Assembly (NCBI GenBank): GCA_965214605.1
Contig: OZ243961.1
Coordinates: forward strand, 3,104,001 to 3,168,000
Length of the DNA: 64,000 nt
Direction of reading: 5' to 3'
Source: an uncultured Candidatus Binatia bacterium
GTDB taxonomy: Bacteria > Desulfobacterota > Binatia > Bin18
In this document: one piece after another, positions 58,587-64,000 of the stretch
How the letters are laid out: every line of letters starts with the position of its first letter
Numbering within the stretch: position 1 is the first letter of the stretch
Position numbers and translations under genes: made by a program
Notes under the pieces: model-generated
Told to the model about the DNA's origin: nothing
What the model saw: the letters and a program-made list of their open reading frames with translations, nothing else
The model's database searches: none

Positions 58587-59894
58587 TTATTCTTCCTTGT
58601 TTTGGAGAAGATGGAGGTTCAGGCTCACCCACACCGCAGTGCCTAGACAGCACGCCCCGGTAAGCGCGACGGTGAGAGGGGCACCGATGGAGGGGGCTAA
58701 GAGTCCTGACAGCAGACTGCCCACCGGAGCGGCTCCCATGATCATCATAAAATACAGGCTCATGACTCGCCCGCGCAGGTGATCTGGAGCAATCGTTTGC
58801 AGCAGGGTGTTGACGGCGGCCATCGGGACCATAAAGCCTGATCCCACCAGGGGCAGGACTAGCAGAGAGAGCCACAGGTGGCTGGAGGAGGCGAACAGAA
58901 TCAGCCCAAGGCCGAACCTGATCAGAGCAAAAGCAATAGCCCGACCGAGCATATCCGTCCCGCGATGCCGGGCCAGAAAACTGACGCCAACCACCGCACC
59001 CATCCCAGCCGCACCCATGAGCAGGCCCATGCCGCTTGGGCCACTGTTGAGAATATCTTTGGCAAACACTGGCATAAGGACGGTATAGGGGGTACTGAGC
59101 AGACCAACGAGACCGATTAAGAGTAGGGGAAGACGGATCGACGGGGTTCTGACAGCATACCCAATCCCCTCGTGGATAAATTCCGAAACGGACCTGTTCG
59201 AAGAAGCAGGGTGTGTCCGAGGAGGCAGCCGCATAGCCAGAAACCCCCCGATGATGGCCAAGTAGGACAGTGCGTTCACCGAAAAGCACGCCCCTTCCCC
59301 GGCTTGGGCCACAATAATACCGGCTAGTGCCGGACCCAGAATCCGGGCTCCGTTGACGAGGGCGGAATTCAGGGCAATGGCGCTGGGCAGATCGTCTTTG
59401 CCAACAATCTCCATCAAAAAGCTCTGCCGGGCTGGCATCTCAAAGCTCTGAACCGTTCCGGCAAACAGCGCCAGAAAAAACACCTGCCAGGCCGTAACCC
59501 AGCCGCCTAGGGTCAAGACGCCTAACACTGAGGCCTGGAGCATGGCCAAAACGAGCATGAGCAGGATGACGTGGTAGCGGTTAAAGCGGTCGGCTACAAC
59601 GCCTGCGAGTAGGCCCAACAGCAGGGAGGGAAACTGCCCGGCAAACGACACGAGGCCGAGCATCAATGCGGACTCGGTCAACCGGTAGACCAGCCAGCCC
59701 TGGGCCACCCACTGCATCCAGAAGCCGGTCCGGGAAACAAACTGGCCAATAAAGAACAGCCGAAAGTTGCGGTGCTGGAGTGCGCGGAGACTGTAGGGAA
59801 GCTGCCAACCGGAGCCGCGAGTCGGAGTTGGTGGGGCGACAGGGGCAGGTGCTTGGAGTTCTTTGTGGGCAAGAGGTGTTGGATTCGATAACAC
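58587..59894 (-). CDS. MFS transporter (MFS_3/DUF894 type)
   Basis: RNFRLFFIGQ..S.TG.WMQ, GVVADRF, PARQSF, RGRVMS. Confidence 0.92.
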   Translation of the reverse strand: MLSNPTPLAHKELQAPAPVAPPTPTRGSGWQLPYSLRALQHRNFRLFFIGQFVSRTGFWMQWVAQGWLVYRLTESALMLGLVSFAGQFPSLLLGLLAGVVADRFNRYHVILLMLVLAMLQASVLGVLTLGGWVTAWQVFFLALFAGTVQSFEMPARQSFLMEIVGKDDLPSAIALNSALVNGARILGPALAGIIVAQAGEGACFSVNALSYLAIIGGFLAMRLPPRTHPASSNRSVSEFIHEGIGYAVRTPSIRLPLLLIGLVGLLSTPYTVLMPVFAKDILNSGPSGMGLLMGAAGMGAVVGVSFLARHRGTDMLGRAIAFALIRFGLGLILFASSSHLWLSLLVLPLVGSGFMVPMAAVNTLLQTIAPDHLRGRVMSLYFMMIMGAAPVGSLLSGLLAPSIGAPLTVALTGACCLGTAVWVSLNLHLLQNKEE

Positions 59895-60038
59895 GGCTTG
59901 ACCCTATGCGCCGTGCCCCAGGCTGTCAATGAAAAGGGCCTGGGGCAGAGGGCTGTCCGGTCGGTTAGTGTATTGCCCATCGTATTAACAATCGCTATAA
60001 AACACCCGAGTGAGGCTGCACGAAAGAAGGAGAGGCAT

Positions 60039-60920
60039 ATGGAAGTTGGCGTTTTAGTGACTGCCACTGCGCAGAGTGGGGATCTCGCCGCGGTGGCCCG
60101 ACGGGTCGAAGCCGAGGGGTTTGATTCGTTGTGGATTCCTGAGCATCCAGTCATTCCGGTTGGCCACAAGACCCCGTTTCCGGCCGCCGCGGATGGACAA
60201 CTCCCGGAGCATTACAACCGCTGGGCCGACCCGTTTATCGCTCTGACCGTAGCGGCGACGGTGACCAACAAGGTCAAGCTGGGAACCGGCATCTGTCTGC
60301 TGCCCGAGCGGGAGCCACTGGTAACGGCCAAGACGATAGCCAGTCTGGATCTGTACTCTGGGGGCCGGGTGATAATCGGAGCCGGAGCGGGCTGGTTGCG
60401 GGAAGAGACCGAGGTATTGGGAACGGAATTTCGGTTGCGTTGGAAGCGCATGCGGGAGACGGTTGAGGCGATGAAAGTGCTGTGGACCCAGCGTGAAGCG
60501 GGCTATGAGGGGGATTTGGTCCGTTTTCCGGCTGTTCGCTGTGAACCCAAGCCTGTGCAGCCCGGCGGCCCACCGGTCTTGCTAGGCGCGCACGGCCCAA
60601 AGGCATTGGAGCGGGTGGCGCGTAGCTATGACGGCTGGTTTCCGTTGGTCCAGAGCCCAGACGCTTTTAACAAGCAGATGGCAACGCTGAGGGAGATGAC
60701 AAGAGAGGCGGGCCGCGATCCAGACGGCTTAAACATCACGATTATTGTTGACCCAGGAGAAGACGGACCGTCACAAGATGCTCTCAAACGCTACCGCGAT
60801 GCCGGGGCGAGGGGCGTCGTGACCTTCTCTCAGCAGATGGGTACAGAGATTGCGGATGGCAAGGTCATGGCCTGGATTGACCGGGCGCTGCCAACGGTAG
60901 AGCGGGCCCAGCGGCTCTAA
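60039..60920 (+). CDS. LLM-class probable F420-dependent oxidoreductase
   Basis: GFDSLWIPEH, DPFIAL, AKTIASLDLYSGGR, PKPVQ; AAGGAG RBS. Confidence 0.88.
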   Translation: MEVGVLVTATAQSGDLAAVARRVEAEGFDSLWIPEHPVIPVGHKTPFPAAADGQLPEHYNRWADPFIALTVAATVTNKVKLGTGICLLPEREPLVTAKTIASLDLYSGGRVIIGAGAGWLREETEVLGTEFRLRWKRMRETVEAMKVLWTQREAGYEGDLVRFPAVRCEPKPVQPGGPPVLLGAHGPKALERVARSYDGWFPLVQSPDAFNKQMATLREMTREAGRDPDGLNITIIVDPGEDGPSQDALKRYRDAGARGVVTFSQQMGTEIADGKVMAWIDRALPTVERAQRL

Positions 60921-61041
60921 GAGCCATCTCCTTCTGTGCTTGCCTTGGAGGGCGAGGCTTGGCTGTTCCCCAACTTGTTTTTTCGCCTGGGCCTAGTTAC
61001 AGTTCGCGAAGTCCTAAGACACTGAGGAGGAGGTATTCGTT

Positions 61042-63672
61042 ATGTGGAAGAGAAGGTTATGGCAACTTGGACTAACGACAGGGCTAGTCATAGCCGTCGG
61101 AATGTCTGCGGCTGACGCGCAGGACACAGGCCAGCAAGAGCCGGCCCAAACGCAAACGACGGAGCAGGAAGAGCAAGTCATAGAACTCGGAGAACTCCAG
61201 GTGGTCGGCTCTCGCGTGGCTGGGCGTTCGGCCCAGGATTCTGCGGTGCCGGTGGACATCATCCGGGGTGAAGATCTGCAGAGCTACGGCATCCGCGACA
61301 TGGATTCGCTGTTGGCAGCGACCGTGCCGTCCTACAACGTCGGCCAAGAGCCCATCAGCGACGCAGCGACACTCATTCGTCCGGCCAACCTGCGTGGGCT
61401 ATCGCCGGACCAGACCTTGGTGCTGGTCAATGGCAAGCGTCGCCACCGTGCCTCGGTGATTACCTGGCTGGGCGGCGGCATTTCAGACGGCTCGCACGCG
61501 CCCGATATTTCGGTCATTCCGTCCATTGCGTTGGAGCGGGTCGAAGTGCTGCGTGACGGGGCGGCCGCCCAGTACGGGTCGGACGCCATTGCTGGCATCC
61601 TCAACTTCCGCCTGCGGGAAGATCGGGAGGGGTTGGAGGTGCAGACGAGCTACGGCCAGACCTACCACGGCGACGGCGACAAGGTGCAGGTGGCGGCGAA
61701 TCTGGGGCTGCCGCTGACCGATTCGGGTTTTGCCAACTTCAGCTTTGAGTTTGTCAATGCGGACGAGACGAGCCGCAGCCGGCAGCGGACGGACGCCCGG
61801 GGATTGATTGAGGCGGGCAACATGGATGTCCGTCGCCCGGCGGCCCAGATTTGGGGAGCGCCGGAGGTGGAGTACGACTACAAGTTTTTCGGCAACCTCG
61901 GGTTAGACCTTGAAGACCTGAAGGCCCGGCTGTACGCTTTTGGGAACTATGCTGAGCGCAGAGTTGAGGGGGGCTTCTTCTTCCGCAATCCCAATACCCG
62001 TGGGGGAGTCTTTGACGGTCCGGGCGATACGCTCAAGGTGGCCGACCTGTCGGGCATGGGTCTCGGCTGTCCTCCTGTTCCGATTAATGCCGCGGCCGAC
62101 TACACGGACGCGCTGGCTGGCTTGCCCGAGCACTGTTTTGCCTTCAACGAGCGCTTTCCGGGCGGGTTTACGCCCCGCTTTGGCGGTTACATTCAGGACT
62201 GGAGCATTGTCTTTGGCCTGCGCGGTGAGGTAGAGAGTGCGTTTACGTTGCTGGACGGCTGGTTCTACGATGCTAGCGCCAACTTTGGTCACAACAGCGT
62301 AGACTTCTTCATGTTCAACACCATCAACCCGCAGCTGGCCGGCATGCGCACAGAAATTCCAACAGCTTACCGGCCTGGTGGCTATACGGAGTTCGACAAA
62401 GTGTTCAACTTCGACATCTCACGGCCGTTTGACGTCGGGCTGTTCTACTCCCCGCTGCACTTCGCCTTTGGGCTGGAGTACCGGGAAGAACAGTTTGAGG
62501 TCGAAGCCGGGGGTGAGAACTCTTGGTACGTCGATGACGGCCCCAACGGCTTAGCGGCCCAGGGGTTCGGTATTGCCTCCAACGGCTTTCCGGGTTTCAG
62601 GCCGGATATCGCCGGCACCTTCGAGCGCAACAGCTACGCCGGCTATATCGATATGGAGACCGAAGTCATTGAGAACATCACGATTGGCCTTGCTGGGCGG
62701 TATGAAGATTTTGAGAGCGTGGGCGATACCGTCAATGGGAAGGCGTCAGCCCGTTGGCAATTTCTCCCCGGCTGGGCGCTGCGTGGTTCGGTCAGTTCAG
62801 GGTTTCGCGCTCCGACCGTAGGGCAGGCCCATGTCCGCAATGTGACGACCGCCTTTGACGCCGGCCGGCTGGCAGACCGGGCCACCCTACCGCCGGACCA
62901 TCCGATTTCTGTCCTGAAGGGCGGAAAAAGCCTGGACCCGGAAAAGTCCGTTAACTATTCGGTCGGGACGGTGTTTGGCCTGGGCGACCTCAGCGTCACT
63001 GTTGACTATTACCGCATCAAGGTGCAGGACCGCATCGGGCAGACCGCCTCACAGACATTGTCCGATATGGATAAGGCTGCACTGCTGGCCCAGGGGGTCA
63101 CGGATGCGTCGAGTTACTCAAGTGTCAGGTTTTTCGCCAACGCTTTTGACACCACGACTCAAGGAGTGGATGTTGTAGCAACTTACCCCTTGCAGACGGT
63201 TGCCGGTGACACTCTGTTTACGTTTGTGGGCAACTGGAACGACACCGAGGTTGACCGATTCGACCCGAATGTCATTGGCTCACTGCGGCTCCTTCAGCTT
63301 GAAGAGGCCCTGCCGGAGTTCCGCTTCTCGCTCATGGCCGACCACACCTGGGGGCCGTGGCGGCTCCTGACCCGGCTGCATTTCTATGATGAGTTCTTTG
63401 AGCCTCACCTCGACTCGGCGAACCCCGATGGCAGCCCGACGTTTCCTATTGATGCAGGCGAGCGCTGGCTTGTGGACATGGAACTCTCCTACACGCTGAT
63501 GAATCTGCCGTTCGTCAGGGCGACGACCCTGGCCTTTGGCGTGGAAAACCTGTTCGATACCTACCCGCGCAGAAACCCGTACGCTGGCGTTGTCGGTGCG
63601 AAATACCCGGAATCCTCGCCCTACGGCTTTAACGGCGGTTTCTACTATCTCCGCGCCGCTTTCGAGTTCTAA
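61042..63672 (+). CDS. TonB-dependent receptor
   Basis: Signal peptide, LRGL...LVLVNGKR, ERVEVLRDGAAAQYGSDAIAG plug, GFRAP, C-terminal Phe. Confidence 0.95.
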   Translation: MWKRRLWQLGLTTGLVIAVGMSAADAQDTGQQEPAQTQTTEQEEQVIELGELQVVGSRVAGRSAQDSAVPVDIIRGEDLQSYGIRDMDSLLAATVPSYNVGQEPISDAATLIRPANLRGLSPDQTLVLVNGKRRHRASVITWLGGGISDGSHAPDISVIPSIALERVEVLRDGAAAQYGSDAIAGILNFRLREDREGLEVQTSYGQTYHGDGDKVQVAANLGLPLTDSGFANFSFEFVNADETSRSRQRTDARGLIEAGNMDVRRPAAQIWGAPEVEYDYKFFGNLGLDLEDLKARLYAFGNYAERRVEGGFFFRNPNTRGGVFDGPGDTLKVADLSGMGLGCPPVPINAAADYTDALAGLPEHCFAFNERFPGGFTPRFGGYIQDWSIVFGLRGEVESAFTLLDGWFYDASANFGHNSVDFFMFNTINPQLAGMRTEIPTAYRPGGYTEFDKVFNFDISRPFDVGLFYSPLHFAFGLEYREEQFEVEAGGENSWYVDDGPNGLAAQGFGIASNGFPGFRPDIAGTFERNSYAGYIDMETEVIENITIGLAGRYEDFESVGDTVNGKASARWQFLPGWALRGSVSSGFRAPTVGQAHVRNVTTAFDAGRLADRATLPPDHPISVLKGGKSLDPEKSVNYSVGTVFGLGDLSVTVDYYRIKVQDRIGQTASQTLSDMDKAALLAQGVTDASSYSSVRFFANAFDTTTQGVDVVATYPLQTVAGDTLFTFVGNWNDTEVDRFDPNVIGSLRLLQLEEALPEFRFSLMADHTWGPWRLLTRLHFYDEFFEPHLDSANPDGSPTFPIDAGERWLVDMELSYTLMNLPFVRATTLAFGVENLFDTYPRRNPYAGVVGAKYPESSPYGFNGGFYYLRAAFEF

Positions 63673-64000
63673 CCGGATGACCCGATGCGGTGGCTGGACG
63701 TTCGGGCAAGATCGGGAGAAGCAGCGTGGCTGATGCGGAAGATGGGTGCAGCGCGAAGACAGCGGATTCGCTCCGACTTTTCCACACTCAGGAACACCAT
63801 GACTGAACTCAAGACGGCTCTGATCCAATGCCACCGCTTCGGAGAACGCTCCGACAATCGTGGCTTCCTTCACGAAGCTCAGCATCAATATCTTGCCGGG
63901 AGTCCGCTCTAGCCGAAGGGGCCTTAACATGGCTGATGCGGCCCCGATATCGCAGGCCATTCGTGCCGCCGTTCGACATGAGCAAGAACATTGTAGCCAA

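Noticed and set aside
58270-59289. 339-aa minus-strand ORF
   Set aside because: Alternative frame overlapping the MFS gene; no motifs
60921-61041. Cobalamin or other riboswitch upstream of the TonB receptor
   Set aside because: Only 120 bp and no B12-box or other recognisable consensus
63673-64000. Short ORFs at the right edge
   Set aside because: No recognisable product in any frame; truncated by the window

Overview
GC-rich bacterial chromosomal window from a diderm (TonB-dependent receptor present). Gene content suggests a host-associated, Binatia/Deltaproteobacteria-like heterotroph such as a sponge symbiont; this taxonomy is inference only. Layout: 3' end of the complex I operon (nuoLMN); a convergent three-gene MoxR AAA+ / GXGXG beta-helix / vWA operon; pdxH, nitroreductase, MFS and GST; a tandem array of amidohydrolase and D-aminoacylase paralogues; an ~11 kb defence island (22.8-32.7 kb) holding an intact Menshen-type operon, a frameshifted rmuC, decayed DUF499/DUF1156 remnants and two intact ABC-ATPase-based modules; a TetR-associated operon encoding a UGA-recoded UGSC selenoprotein (GrdB/PrdB-like, with a SECIS-like hairpin), its partner protein and a flavin monooxygenase; an acyl-CoA dehydrogenase pair; two secreted proteins sharing an unnamed C-terminal domain; a CYP51-like P450 with a hot-dog dehydratase and a double CoA-transferase; amtB, bcp and a TonB receptor. 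No rRNA, tRNA or CRISPR array was seen. All calls come from reading motifs by eye; no database search was run.
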